Below, piece by piece: positions 19,103 to 28,957 of a DNA stretch of 64,000 nt. The stretch spans positions 128,001-192,000 of the forward strand of contig CAVVHE010000008.1 in the NCBI GenBank assembly GCA_963748015.1, written 5' to 3'. Origin of the DNA: Terriglobia bacterium (lineage in GTDB: Bacteria; Acidobacteriota; Polarisedimenticolia; Polarisedimenticolales; JAIQFR01). Position 1 is the stretch's first letter. Each line of letters starts with the position of its first letter. The notes under the pieces are model-generated. The model did not search any database, was not told the DNA's origin, and saw only the letters and a list, made by a program, of their open reading frames with translations. The position numbers and the translations under genes are program-made.

Positions 19103-20080
19103 ATGCACATCGCCTACGTCGCCCCGCTCGAGCGAGCCTGGAGCCGGATGAAGGTCATCCTGTTCCACCCCTTCGAGCTCGAGACCTGGATCGTCCTGGG
19201 GTTCGCGTCGTTTCTCGCCGCGCTCGGCGAAGGCGGGGGAAGCTGGGCGAACGGCTATCGCTACACGCTCGACAAGCAGGAGACGGGCGTGGAGGGCCTG
19301 CAGGAGGGGTTCCGCCGGGTGATTGAGGTGTTCGGCAACCCCGTGTGGGTCGTCCTGATCCTCTTCGCGTTCCTCATCGTGCTCGCGCTCGTCGTGCTGT
19401 TCCTGTGGCTCAGCTCGCGCGCGAAGTTCGTCTTTCTCGACGACGTGCTCCATGACCGCGCCGCGATCGTCGAGCCGTGGAAGCGCTTCCAGCGCCTCGG
19501 CGACTCGCTGTTCCTGTGGCACCTCGCGTACTCGGCCATCTGTTTTCTGCTGATCCTGATCCTCGTCGTGCCGCTGGCCGTGGTGGTCTGGAACGGCATG
19601 GAGGGGGGATGGCTCGCCGCGCGGATCCTCTCTCTCATGGGACTGGCGCTGCTCGTTTCGCTCGTCGCGGTCGCCATGGTCTTCGTCAAGATGCTGCTGA
19701 ACAACTTCGTCGTCCCGATCATGTACCGGGACGACCTCAACGCAACCGCGGCGTGGGGGCGATTCCTCTCTCTCTTCCGCGGCCACTTCCTCAGGTTCGT
19801 GCTGTACGGGCTGTTCCTGTTCGTGCTCGCGATCGCGGTCGGGGCGGTGATCATCGTCGCGGGGTGCGCGACCCTCTGCTGCGGCTTCATCCTGCTGGCG
19901 ATCCCGTACCTCGGCTCGGTGCTGCTCCTGCCCATCACGGTCACCTACCGCGCCTACGGCCCCGAGTTCCTCGCGCAGTTCGGACCCGACTGGTCGGTGC
20001 TCCCGGCGCCTCCGTCCCCGGCGCCCGCCCCCGATCCGCCGCCGGGACCGTTGCCGCCCCCGCCCGAGCCACTCGCCTGA
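19103..20080 (+). CDS. Polytopic membrane hypothetical protein with Pro-rich tail
   Basis: Several long hydrophobic helices, high-GC3 codon pattern, RBS GGAGG. Confidence 0.7.
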   Translation: MHIAYVAPLERAWSRMKVILFHPFELETWIVLGFASFLAALGEGGGSWANGYRYTLDKQETGVEGLQEGFRRVIEVFGNPVWVVLILFAFLIVLALVVLFLWLSSRAKFVFLDDVLHDRAAIVEPWKRFQRLGDSLFLWHLAYSAICFLLILILVVPLAVVVWNGMEGGWLAARILSLMGLALLVSLVAVAMVFVKMLLNNFVVPIMYRDDLNATAAWGRFLSLFRGHFLRFVLYGLFLFVLAIAVGAVIIVAGCATLCCGFILLAIPYLGSVLLLPITVTYRAYGPEFLAQFGPDWSVLPAPPSPAPAPDPPPGPLPPPPEPLA

Positions 20081-20087
20081 CGTACCT

Positions 20088-20279
20088 CGCGACGCTCGGC
20101 CGGGCACGGACGTGCGGCGACAATGCCCGAGGCGACGGGGACCCCTGCACGGCCGCGCGAAGGGTCGAGCGCGATGGCGATAGGGTCTTCGCCATCGCGC
20201 TTGCTCGACCCTTCGTGCGGCCGATGCGGGTCGTCGCCGAGGGAGGTCGCCGCACGTCCGTGCCCGGCCGAGCGTCGCG
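20088..20279. repeat. Long rod-like palindromic element, copy 1 (family R3)
   Basis: Perfect 34-bp outer arms 20088-20121/20246-20279; core homologous to the inverted copy at 37839-38038. Confidence 0.85.
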
Positions 20280-20302
20280 CCTCCGCGCTAGCGACCCGGC
20301 AC

Positions 20303-22375
20303 CTACTTCAGCCAACGATCGAGCCAGGCGAACACCTCGGTCCACCAGAGGCGCGACGCCTGCGGCTTGACGACACCGTGGCCTTCGTCGGGGAAGATCA
20401 CGATCCGCGACGGCACGCCCTTCGCGGTCAGGACGCCGTGCAGGTTGATCCCCTGCGACACCGGGACGCGGTAGTCCTTCTCGCCGTGGAGGATCAGGGT
20501 GGGGGTCTTGAACGCCGCCGCGTAGCGGCTCGGAGACCACAGGTCGATGCGCGCCGGGTCCTCCCAGGGGTTGGCGCCGTAGTTCGTGGGCCGGCCCCAC
20601 GTGCCGTCCGACGCGAACTGGGCCATCAGGTCGTAAACCCCCGCGTGGTCCACGAGCGCCTTGAACCGGTCGGTGTGGCCGAGGATCCAGCAGACGAGAT
20701 AGCCGCCGTAGGAGCCTCCCGTCGCCGCCATCCGCTTGTCGTCCACGTACCCCTTGGCCAGCAGGTAGTCGGTCGCCTTCATGATGTCGGTGAACGGCTT
20801 GTCGCCGTGGCTCCCGACGATGGACTCCGCGAACGCCTGCCCCGACCCGGTCGAGCCGTGGAAGTTGACGAGGGCCACGACGTATCCCCTCGAGGCCATC
20901 AGGGCGGCGTTCCAGCGGTAATGGAAAGAGTCGAGCCACGCGCCATGCGGGCCGCCGTGGATCATGTGCACGAGCGGCCATTTCCGCGCGGTGTCGAAGC
21001 CGGGCGGGAGCACCACGAACATCTGCACCGACTCGCCCGCCGCCCCCTGGAACTCGACGTCCTCGACGCGGCCGAGATCGAGCGCCTTGAGGCGGACGTC
21101 GTTGAAGGACGTCAGGTGCCGGGGCGCGCCGCCGTCCCTCGCCGCGAACAGCTCGGGAGGACGCTGCAGCGACTGCATGGTGAAGACGAGCAGCCCCCCC
21201 GGGCCCGCGGCCACGCCTCCCGTCGTTCCACCCTGCACGAGCGCCTTCGGGGTGCCTCCCTCGACCGGTACCGCGTAGAGGTGGACCTCGCCGTGGTCCT
21301 CCGCGTGGAAGAGGACCGTCTTGCCGTCCGGCGCGAAGGTCCAGTCGGACGGCGCGCCGTCCCAGTCGGCGGCGAACGGCTCCGACGTCCCGCTCTTCCG
21401 GTCGTATCGGGCGAGGCGGGTGAAGTCGGGATCGAGCTCGACCCGGCGGTTCCGCCCGTAAACGACGAAGCGGCCGTCGGGCGAGTAGCGCGGTCGGGTG
21501 TCGTCGGCGGGGTTCGCGGCCGTGATGTCCTTCGGCTTGCCGCCCGACACGGGGACGACGAACACGTCGGTGTTCCACTCCCGGTAAGGGGGATCGCTGG
21601 CGTTGGCGGTGAAGGCGATCTCGGTTCCGTCGGGTGCGATGTCCCACCCGCCGGGGGAATCGAGGCCCATCGGGCGCGTCCAGCCCGGGAGGAGGTCCTT
21701 GACCTTCCGAGTCTCGAGGTCCACCACGAAGACGTGCTGGACCCGGCCGTCGGTCATGTAGCGATCCCAGTACCGCAGCAGGCGGCTCTCGGTCACGTAC
21801 GCCTTGACCTTGTCCTTCTCCCGCTCCTCGCTCCGCTTCTTCTGCGCGTCGAAATCGTCGTTCACGTCCGGCCAGGTGGAGGCGAGAAACGCGATGCGCT
21901 TCCCGTCGGGCAGCCACTTGGGGTCCTCCACGGCGGCCGGCAGGTCGGTGATCCGTTCGGCCTCCCCCCCGTCCACGGGGAGGACGTAGAGCTGCGCCTG
22001 GTCCTCCGTCCGCTTCGAAACGAACGCGATACGCCTGCCGTCCGGGCTGAAGACGGGCGACGAGTCTCCGCCCTCCTGCCAGGTCAGCCGCCTCGGCGGC
22101 GCGCTCCCGTCCGAGGGGACGATCCAGATGTCGCTGTTCCCCTTGTTCTTCTCGAGCGACTGCACGGTGACGGGAAACGCGACGAGACGGCCGTCCGGCG
22201 ACAGCGCGGGGCGGCCGACCTGGTCGAAGCTCCACAGATCCTCGATCGTCATCGGCCGCTTCGCGGCGGGAGGCTCCGCGGAGAGGGCGACGGAGGCACC
22301 TAGGCCGAGCAGTGTCGAGACGGCGACTGCAGCGAGGAAGGCGAGCAACAACGCGGCCGGACGACGAGACGTCAT
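20303..22375 (-). CDS. S9 family peptidase (acylaminoacyl/dipeptidyl peptidase with PD40 propeller), exported
   Basis: Signal peptide, SPDG repeats, IHGGPHG, GGSYGG nucleophile, DYRVP, EGHG. Confidence 0.9.
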   Translation of the reverse strand: MTSRRPAALLLAFLAAVAVSTLLGLGASVALSAEPPAAKRPMTIEDLWSFDQVGRPALSPDGRLVAFPVTVQSLEKNKGNSDIWIVPSDGSAPPRRLTWQEGGDSSPVFSPDGRRIAFVSKRTEDQAQLYVLPVDGGEAERITDLPAAVEDPKWLPDGKRIAFLASTWPDVNDDFDAQKKRSEEREKDKVKAYVTESRLLRYWDRYMTDGRVQHVFVVDLETRKVKDLLPGWTRPMGLDSPGGWDIAPDGTEIAFTANASDPPYREWNTDVFVVPVSGGKPKDITAANPADDTRPRYSPDGRFVVYGRNRRVELDPDFTRLARYDRKSGTSEPFAADWDGAPSDWTFAPDGKTVLFHAEDHGEVHLYAVPVEGGTPKALVQGGTTGGVAAGPGGLLVFTMQSLQRPPELFAARDGGAPRHLTSFNDVRLKALDLGRVEDVEFQGAAGESVQMFVVLPPGFDTARKWPLVHMIHGGPHGAWLDSFHYRWNAALMASRGYVVALVNFHGSTGSGQAFAESIVGSHGDKPFTDIMKATDYLLAKGYVDDKRMAATGGSYGGYLVCWILGHTDRFKALVDHAGVYDLMAQFASDGTWGRPTNYGANPWEDPARIDLWSPSRYAAAFKTPTLILHGEKDYRVPVSQGINLHGVLTAKGVPSRIVIFPDEGHGVVKPQASRLWWTEVFAWLDRWLK

Positions 22376-22500
22376 GGGATCCTCCGGAAACCGCGCGGGA
22401 CGGGCGCGGGCGGGCATTCTACGGAGCGCGCTCGCCGCGGCGCAACTTCCCCGAGTTTGACCGGGCGCCCACCGGGGTCTAGCTTCTGATGGAGAGAGCC

Positions 22501-23244
22501 ATGAACGCACCGCCGCGCTTTTCCGTGATCGTCCCGGCATACAACGAGGAGCGCTACCTCCCTCGCCTGCTCGACTCGGTGGACGCGGCGAGGACGGCCT
22601 ACCGCGGCGGGCGCGACGCGGTCGAGGTCATCGTCGCCGACAACGCTTCGACCGACCGAACGGCGGAGGTCGCGCGGGCGCGGGGATGCCGGGTCGTGCC
22701 CGTCGAGCGGCGCGCCATCGCCTCGGCGCGCAACGGCGGCGCGAGCGCCGCCTCGGGATCGGTGCTCGCGTTCGTGGACGCCGACACGGTGGGCATCCAC
22801 CCTCGGACGCTCGACGCGGTGGACGAGGCGCTGGCGTCCGGCCGGTACGTGGGGGGCGCCACCGGCGTCACCCTCGAGCGCTGGTCCGCCGGGCTGGCGT
22901 TGACTTTCGCGGCCATGATGCCGCTGGTTTGGCTCACCGGCATGGACACGGGGGTCGTTTTCTGCCGGCGGGACGATTTCGAGGCGGTGGGTGGCTACGA
23001 CGAGCGAAGGTACTTCGCCGAGGACGTGGCGTTCTTGACCGCCTTGAGGCGCCTCGGGAGGCCCAGGCGGCAGAAGCTCGCCCGGCTGACCCACGTCAAG
23101 GCCGTCGCCTCGGTGCGCAAGTTCGACCAGCACGGCGACTGGCACTGCTTCTGGTGGATCCCCCGCGCGTTCGTCTCGATGCTCCGCGACCCGAAGGGCA
23201 AGGACTCCGCCGTCGAGCGCTACTGGTACCGGCCGGAGCGGTAG
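22501..23244 (+). CDS. Glycosyltransferase family 2
   Basis: FSVIVPAYNEE, VADNASTD, ARNGG, FVDAD, GGYDE..EDV. Confidence 0.88.
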   Translation: MNAPPRFSVIVPAYNEERYLPRLLDSVDAARTAYRGGRDAVEVIVADNASTDRTAEVARARGCRVVPVERRAIASARNGGASAASGSVLAFVDADTVGIHPRTLDAVDEALASGRYVGGATGVTLERWSAGLALTFAAMMPLVWLTGMDTGVVFCRRDDFEAVGGYDERRYFAEDVAFLTALRRLGRPRRQKLARLTHVKAVASVRKFDQHGDWHCFWWIPRAFVSMLRDPKGKDSAVERYWYRPER

Positions 23245-23257
23245 CCAACGCGCCGAG

Positions 23258-23438
23258 GTCCGCCGAGCCGGGAGGCCGGATCCGGAGGCGACCCGCGCGG
23301 CACGCTGCGGCGTTGCGCGGCGAAAGTCGCCGCGCCGCCTGGCTCCGGTTTTCGCGCGGCCGTCCAAGGAAGAGACGGCCGCGCGAAAACAGGGCCGCTT
23401 CGGGTCGCCTCCGGATCCGGCCTCCCGGCTCGGCGGAC
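23258..23438. repeat. Structured three-way-junction element, copy C (family R2)
   Basis: Perfect 38-bp outer arms 23258-23295/23401-23438; inner hairpins; GGCACGCT, CTGGCTCCG and ACAGGGCC linkers. Confidence 0.75.
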
Positions 23439-23514
23439 GGGGCGGCGGCGGCATTCCGACTCGAGGGCTTATAATCTTCGGCTCGGCGCGAATCACTGCC
23501 GGAAAGGACAGCCG

Positions 23515-24603
23515 ATGAAGCCGGTCGAGATCTACGGGCACCTCCAGGAGCAAGTCCTGGGGCAGGAAGAGACCCTCCGCTTCGTCTCGGTGGCGATCTT
23601 CAAGCACCTCCAGGGCGAGAAGTACGGAAACCTGCTCTTGATCGGGAACTCCGGCACCGGCAAGACCACGGTCATGCGGGCCATGGAGAGGCTGTACCAG
23701 TCCCAGCCCGCGTTCGCGGAGTACCGGGTCGTCGTCATCCTCAACGCGAACACCCTGGCGAACGAGGACGGCGTCGTCGACCCGTCGCGCCTCCTCACGC
23801 GCCTCGAGGAGCGGGCCCGCCAGGTCCTGGGGGACGCGGCGTCCGCCGAGGAGATCGGGCGCTACATGGAGCGGGGGACCGTCTGTATCGACGAGATCGA
23901 CAAGATCTCCTCGATCGTCGGCGGGAGGCCCTACGTCACTGGCATCAACATCCAGCAGGCGCTCCTGACCCTGATCGAGGGAGAGCGGATGCTGCACCAC
24001 GTGACGGTCTTCCAGGGGAAGGTGCCCGAGCGTGTCGCCGTGACGGTCGACACCGGGAAGATGCTCTTCCTCTGCGCCGGCGCCTTCGAGACGCTCTACG
24101 ACCAGGTCTTCCGGCGGGTCACGTCCCCGACGAGCCGCGTCAAGCTGCCCACGGAGACGGTGTACGAGAACGGCGAGGTGCAGATCCGCGAGATCTTCGC
24201 CCTCCGCCACCACTTCAAGGCGGAGGACCTCTTCGATTACGGGATGGTGCCGCAGTTCCTCTCCCGCTTCGACAACGCGATCATTCTCGAGGACCTGAAC
24301 GGCCCTCTCCTCAAGCGGATCTTCCTCGAGCCCAAGGACAGCGTGTTCAACGCCTCGAAGAGCTTCTTCCGGAACTACAAGATCGACCTGGAGATCACGG
24401 ACGGCGCCGCCCACAAGGTCGCCGAGGAGGCCGCGCTCTCCCGCCGGATCGGCGCGCGCGCCCTGAAAGCGGTCTGGGGGCGGATCATCAAGCGGTTCGA
24501 GTTCGATCCTTTCTCGCAGCCCGAGGTGTCCAAGGAGGGGGAGAGCTACCGCCTGGTCGTGGACGACCGTGTCGTCTACCAGGGGCTCAAGCCCCTGGTC
24601 TGA
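23515..24603 (+). CDS. ClpX-like AAA+ ATPase lacking the zinc-binding domain and IGF loop
   Basis: VLGQEE, GNSGTGKT, IDEIDKI, IQQALLTLIEG, LFLCAGAF, DLFDYGMVPQFLSRF, GARAL; TATAAT at 23470. Confidence 0.8.
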   Translation: MKPVEIYGHLQEQVLGQEETLRFVSVAIFKHLQGEKYGNLLLIGNSGTGKTTVMRAMERLYQSQPAFAEYRVVVILNANTLANEDGVVDPSRLLTRLEERARQVLGDAASAEEIGRYMERGTVCIDEIDKISSIVGGRPYVTGINIQQALLTLIEGERMLHHVTVFQGKVPERVAVTVDTGKMLFLCAGAFETLYDQVFRRVTSPTSRVKLPTETVYENGEVQIREIFALRHHFKAEDLFDYGMVPQFLSRFDNAIILEDLNGPLLKRIFLEPKDSVFNASKSFFRNYKIDLEITDGAAHKVAEEAALSRRIGARALKAVWGRIIKRFEFDPFSQPEVSKEGESYRLVVDDRVVYQGLKPLV

Positions 24604-24691
24604 CCGATCGTCCCGGCCCCGCCCGTTCCCTTCCGCCGCCGGCTGTGGTCCAATGTTCCCCTTTCCCCTCGGCGAGGAACGGAGCCCGGGC

Positions 24692-25480
24692 ATGAGCATA
24701 CGAATCACCACGGTGGACGCGTTCACCGACCGCGCGTTCGCGGGGAACCCCGCGGCGGTCTGCGTTCTTCCCGAGCCGCGCCCCGACGCCTGGATGCAGG
24801 ACGTCGCGCGCGAGCTGAACCTCTCGGAGACCGCCTTCCTGGTCCCGCGCAGCGAGGGGTTCAGCCTGAGGTGGTTCACCCCGGCCGTCGAGGTGGATCT
24901 CTGCGGCCACGCGACCCTCGCCTCGGCGCACGTCCTGTGGGAAGGAGGGAGGCTCGCGCCGGACGCTCCCGCGCGGTTCCACACGCGAAGCGGCGTGCTG
25001 ACCGCCACGAAGCACGGCCCGCTGATCGAGATGGACTTCCCGTCGGAGCCGGCGGGGGAGTCGGAGGAGTCTCCCGACCTCGAGGGCGCGCTCGGCGTGC
25101 GTCCCTCGTACGTGGGGAGGAACCGGTTCGACGTCCTGGTCGAGTTGGATTCGGAGGAAACGGTGCGGCGCCTGAAGCCGGACTTCACGTGGCTCGCCAC
25201 GATCACGACGCGCGGCGTGATCGTCACGAGCCGCGCCGCGACGCCGGAACGGGACTTCGTCTCGAGGTTCTTCGCCCCCGCGGCCGGGATCGACGAGGAC
25301 CCGGTGACCGGCTCCTCGCACTGCTGCCTCGGCCCGTACTGGGGCGCCAAGCTCGGGAAGGACCAGCTGGTGGGATACCAGGCGTCGGCGCGCGGGGGGA
25401 CGGTCAACGTGCGCCTGGCGGGCGACCGCGTCATCCTCGGCGGCACGGCCGTCACCGTCCTCCGCGCGGAGATGATGTAA
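24692..25480 (+). CDS. PhzF-family isomerase/epimerase
   Basis: VDAFTDRAFAGNPAAV, NLSETAF, EVDLCGHATLA, EDPVTGS. Confidence 0.92.
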   Translation: MSIRITTVDAFTDRAFAGNPAAVCVLPEPRPDAWMQDVARELNLSETAFLVPRSEGFSLRWFTPAVEVDLCGHATLASAHVLWEGGRLAPDAPARFHTRSGVLTATKHGPLIEMDFPSEPAGESEESPDLEGALGVRPSYVGRNRFDVLVELDSEETVRRLKPDFTWLATITTRGVIVTSRAATPERDFVSRFFAPAAGIDEDPVTGSSHCCLGPYWGAKLGKDQLVGYQASARGGTVNVRLAGDRVILGGTAVTVLRAEMM

Positions 25481-25526
25481 CCTGAGTGGGCGGACGCTTA
25501 CGTCCGGTGGACTCGGGAGGAGAGAC

Positions 25527-26825
25527 GTGAGCCGTCCGTCGCACGAGGTCGTCGTCACGGGACTCGGGCCGGTCACCTCGATCGGCGCCGGAGTCGAGCC
25601 GTTCTGGGAGTCCATTCTCGCGGGACGGTCCGGCGCGCGCTCGGTCGAGTTCGACTGGATCCGGGGACGATCCTTCAAGTCGCGGGTCGGCGCGCCCGTT
25701 CCCGATCCGGACCCCGCGGCGTGCGGCCTCACCGAGCGCGAGGCGCAGCTCCTCGACCCCGTGTCGCGCTACGCGCTCGCCGCCGCGGCGATGGCGATCG
25801 AGGACGCGGGGCTCCGCACCACAGCAGTGGACGAGAAGGGGCGAGAGCTGCGCATCGAGGGGGTGGACCCCGTCCGCGCCGGCGTGCTCGTCGGGACCGG
25901 CATCGGCGGGCTCTGCACGCTCGAGAAGTCCCACCGGATCTGGGTGCGCGGCGAGCCGATCACCGGCGCGCTCCGCTATTCCCTCCCCATGTTGATTCCG
26001 AACGCGCTGCCGGCGCAGGTCGCGATCCGCTACGGTCTCCGCGGCGAGTGCAAGGCGATCGTCACGGCGTGCGCGTCGGGAACCATGGCCCTGGGCGACG
26101 CCTATCGACTGATCCGCGACGGCGAGCTCGACCTCGCCATCGCCGGCGGCGTCGAGAAGACGCTCTCCGACGTGGACGGCTACGGCCTGCTCGGCTTCGA
26201 TCTCTTGAGGACGCTCTCGACCCGGAACGACGAGCCCGAGAGGGCCTCGCGGCCGTTCGACGCCGACCGGGACGGGTTCGTGCTGGGCGAGGGGGCGGGG
26301 CTCTTGGTGCTCGAGCGGGAGGAGCGCGCGCGCGCGCGCGGCGCGAGGATCCACGCTCGCATCGCCGGCTACGCCTCGACCTGCGACGCGTACTCGATGA
26401 TGCAGATGGAGCCGAGCGGCGACATGATGGTCCGGGTGATGGAGCAGGCGATCCTCGCCGCGGCCGTTTCGAAGGAGGACGTCGGGTACGTGAACGCCCA
26501 CGGGACCTCGACGCGCCTGAACGACGTCCAGGAGGCCAGGGCGCTCCGCCGGGTCTTCGGATCGCGCGTCTACGACGTTCTCGTGAACTCGACGAAGGCG
26601 ATGACGGGGCACGGGATCGGCGCGGCGGGGGGCATCGAGGCGATCGCCACGGTCCTGAGCCTCGCCCGCGGCGTCGTCCACCGGTGCGTCAACCTGGACA
26701 ACCCCGATCCCGAGTGCGACCTCGCCCTGCCGCGGCAGAACCACTCAGTGCGGGCCGCGGTCGCGCTCTCGAACTCCTTCGCGTTCGGCGGCCACAACGC
26801 GACCCTCGTGCTGACCGCGGCCTGA
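25527..26825 (+). CDS. fabF: Beta-ketoacyl-ACP synthase II family
   Basis: VVVTGLG, TACASG, RPFDADRDGFVLGEGAG, NAHGTST, GHGIGAAG, NSFAFGGHN (Cys-His-His triad). Confidence 0.85.
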   Translation: MSRPSHEVVVTGLGPVTSIGAGVEPFWESILAGRSGARSVEFDWIRGRSFKSRVGAPVPDPDPAACGLTEREAQLLDPVSRYALAAAAMAIEDAGLRTTAVDEKGRELRIEGVDPVRAGVLVGTGIGGLCTLEKSHRIWVRGEPITGALRYSLPMLIPNALPAQVAIRYGLRGECKAIVTACASGTMALGDAYRLIRDGELDLAIAGGVEKTLSDVDGYGLLGFDLLRTLSTRNDEPERASRPFDADRDGFVLGEGAGLLVLEREERARARGARIHARIAGYASTCDAYSMMQMEPSGDMMVRVMEQAILAAAVSKEDVGYVNAHGTSTRLNDVQEARALRRVFGSRVYDVLVNSTKAMTGHGIGAAGGIEAIATVLSLARGVVHRCVNLDNPDPECDLALPRQNHSVRAAVALSNSFAFGGHNATLVLTAA

Positions 26826-26826
26826 T

Positions 26827-26994
26827 CCTAGTGTTGTGAATCGGAAATCCCTTGGCATTCGGCCGCCGCTGCATCCCGGCCTGCTTCGTCGCTCCTCGGT
26901 CAAATACTCCCGGTATTCTCCCTCGTCGCTCCTCGCAGGCCGGGCGCATCGACGGCCTCGGTGCGTCAACGGATTTCCGATTCACAACACTAGG
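26827..26994. mobile_element. MITE-like non-autonomous element (168 bp)
   Basis: Perfect 24-bp terminal inverted repeats CCTAGTGTTGTGAATCGGAAATCC; CTAG at both ends; no transposase; begins 2 bp after the fabF stop. Confidence 0.75.
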
Positions 26995-27015
26995 GCCCGG
27001 CGGGCGCAGGGTTGG

Positions 27016-27062
27016 CTTTATTACACAAAGTACTTGACGAACCCGCGGTCCCGCCCTATCCT
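27016..27062 (+). promoter_or_regulatory. Sigma70 promoter with adjacent palindromic operator-like site
   Basis: TTGACG(27034)-N17-TATCCT(27057); CTTT-N7-AAAG at 27016-27030; ATG 6 nt after the -10 box. Confidence 0.6.
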
Positions 27063-27068
27063 TACCGC

Positions 27069-27684
27069 ATGAGGTCCACGGCCCCGATCGAGACGGGAAA
27101 CGACGAGCCCCCGGCGCTCCACGATAGGGCGCTCGACCACCTGCACTTCATCCGCGACACGATGGAGGGGGCCTCGCGCTTCACCGCCGTGCCGGGGCGC
27201 GGCATCGTCCTGATCGGCCTGACCGCCCTGGCCGCGGCCTGGTTCGCCTCGACCCGCGCCACCGTCGAGGGTTGGATCCTCACTTGGCTCGCGGAGGCGA
27301 TGACCGCCCTCGCCATCGGCGTCGCCACCGCGGCGATCAAGGCGCGGGCGGCGGGGGTCGCCCTGTTCAGCGCTCCCGGGCGCAAGGCGGCGCTGGCGTT
27401 CGCGCCGCCGCTGCTCGCGGGAGCGGTCCTCACCATGGCGCTTTACCGCGCCGGCCGGCCCGACCTGCTCCCGGGAGCCTGGCTTCTCCTCTACGGAACG
27501 GGGATGGTGACGGGCGGCGCGTTTTCCGTCCGCGCGGTGCCGGTGATGGGGCTCGGCTTCATGCTGGGCGGGGTCGGGCACGCTGCTGGGTCCCGCGTCG
27601 TGGGGGAGCCCGGCGATGGCCGCGGGCTTCGGGGGCCTGCACCTGCTGTTCGGCCTGCTGATCTGGAGGGAGCACGGTGGCTAG
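27069..27684 (+). CDS. Membrane protein (6-TM, hypothetical); one +1 frameshift near 27576-27578
   Basis: [10 protein letters not shown]-terminus; the shifted frame continues [21 protein letters not shown] and overlaps the next start. Confidence 0.7.
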
Positions 27685-28057
27685 GAATCGATCGGCCTCG
27701 CGGGCGCCGGAGACGGCCGGCCGCGCCGGCGCCCAGGGCGCGGCGCCGCCCCGGCCGAGGGACACGGCGGCGCTGGACCGCCTGATCCACGAGCGGCTCC
27801 GCCTCGGGATCGTGAGCGCCCTGGCCGTCAGCGACGCCGTGACGTTCGTCGAGCTGAAGGGTCTCCTCAAGACCACCGACGGCAACCTGAGCGTGCACGC
27901 CCGGAAGCTCGAGGAAGCCGGGTACATCGCGTGCACCAAGAAATTCGAAGGCCGGCTTCCGCGCACCGAATACCGCCTCACCGCCACGGGGCGCAAGGCG
28001 CTCGAGCGATACCTGGACCACATGGAAGCGATCATCCGCGCCACCCGCGAGCGGTGA
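27677..28057 (+). CDS. Winged-helix transcriptional regulator (HTH_34, MarR/ArsR-like)
   Basis: [42 protein letters not shown]. Confidence 0.88.
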   Translation: MARNRSASRAPETAGRAGAQGAAPPRPRDTAALDRLIHERLRLGIVSALAVSDAVTFVELKGLLKTTDGNLSVHARKLEEAGYIACTKKFEGRLPRTEYRLTATGRKALERYLDHMEAIIRATRER

Positions 28058-28089
28058 TCCGGCCCCTTTTTTTCGGGAGAGACTCTGCG

Positions 28090-28836
28090 ATGCAAAGCAC
28101 TTTGGAAGCCGCCCGCCAAGGCCTGCACGTGGCGATCATCATGGACGGGAACGGCCGGTGGGCGGCGGCCCGGGGCAAGGCCCGCACCGCGGGGCACCGG
28201 GCCGGGGCGAAGGCGGTGCGCCGGACGGTGGAGGCGGCGCCGGGCCTCGGCCTCGGCACGCTCACCCTCTACGCCTTCTCGTCCGACAACTGGAAGCGGC
28301 CGCCGGACGAGGTCTCGACCCTGATGCGGCTGTTCCGGGACTACCTCAGCGGCCAGACCGCCCGCTGCGTCGAGAAAGGGGTCGAGCTCCGGGTGATCGG
28401 GCGCCGGGACCGTCTCCCCGCCGACGTGCTGACCGCGGTGCGCACCGCCGAGGAGGCCACCGCCGGCGGTCCGGCGCTCCTTCTCCGGCTCGCGGTGGAC
28501 TACTCCGCGCGGGATGCCATCCTCGCGGCCGCGGAGCGGATGGCCCGTGCCGGTGTCCCGGTGGGCGCGGCCGGTGGGTTGCGCGAGGCGTTCGAGCGCC
28601 TGCTCGATCCCGAGCACCCGGGGGCAGGGCCGGCGCCCGAGGTGGACCTGCTGATCCGGACGGGCGGCGAGCAGCGCTTGAGCGACTTCCTGCTGTGGGA
28701 GTGCGCCTACTCCGAGCTGTACTTCACCCCGGTGATGTGGCCGGACTTCGGCACCGAGCACCTCGAGGCGGCGCTCGCCGCGTTCCGGCGGCGCGAGCGG
28801 CGCTTCGGAGGCCTCGCGAGCGTGGCGACGGGGTAA
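28090..28836 (+). CDS. uppS: cis-prenyltransferase (undecaprenyl diphosphate synthase family)
   Basis: [58 protein letters not shown]. Confidence 0.9.
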   Translation: MQSTLEAARQGLHVAIIMDGNGRWAAARGKARTAGHRAGAKAVRRTVEAAPGLGLGTLTLYAFSSDNWKRPPDEVSTLMRLFRDYLSGQTARCVEKGVELRVIGRRDRLPADVLTAVRTAEEATAGGPALLLRLAVDYSARDAILAAAERMARAGVPVGAAGGLREAFERLLDPEHPGAGPAPEVDLLIRTGGEQRLSDFLLWECAYSELYFTPVMWPDFGTEHLEAALAAFRRRERRFGGLASVATG

Positions 28837-28957
28837 CGGCGCGACTCGTCCGGATCAAGCTCATCACGGCTGCGCGGCGGGTTCGTGGGGCGCTAGGGCT
28901 CCCGCCCGGCGCGTAGTCTCGGCAGTGCGGACCGCATGGAAGCAACGGAGGCTCGAG

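Noticed and set aside
22501..26825. GT2-AAA-PhzF-FabF as a biosynthetic gene cluster
   Set aside because: No ACP, chain-length factor or tailoring genes; the genes are separated by repeat elements and separate promoter-like sites.
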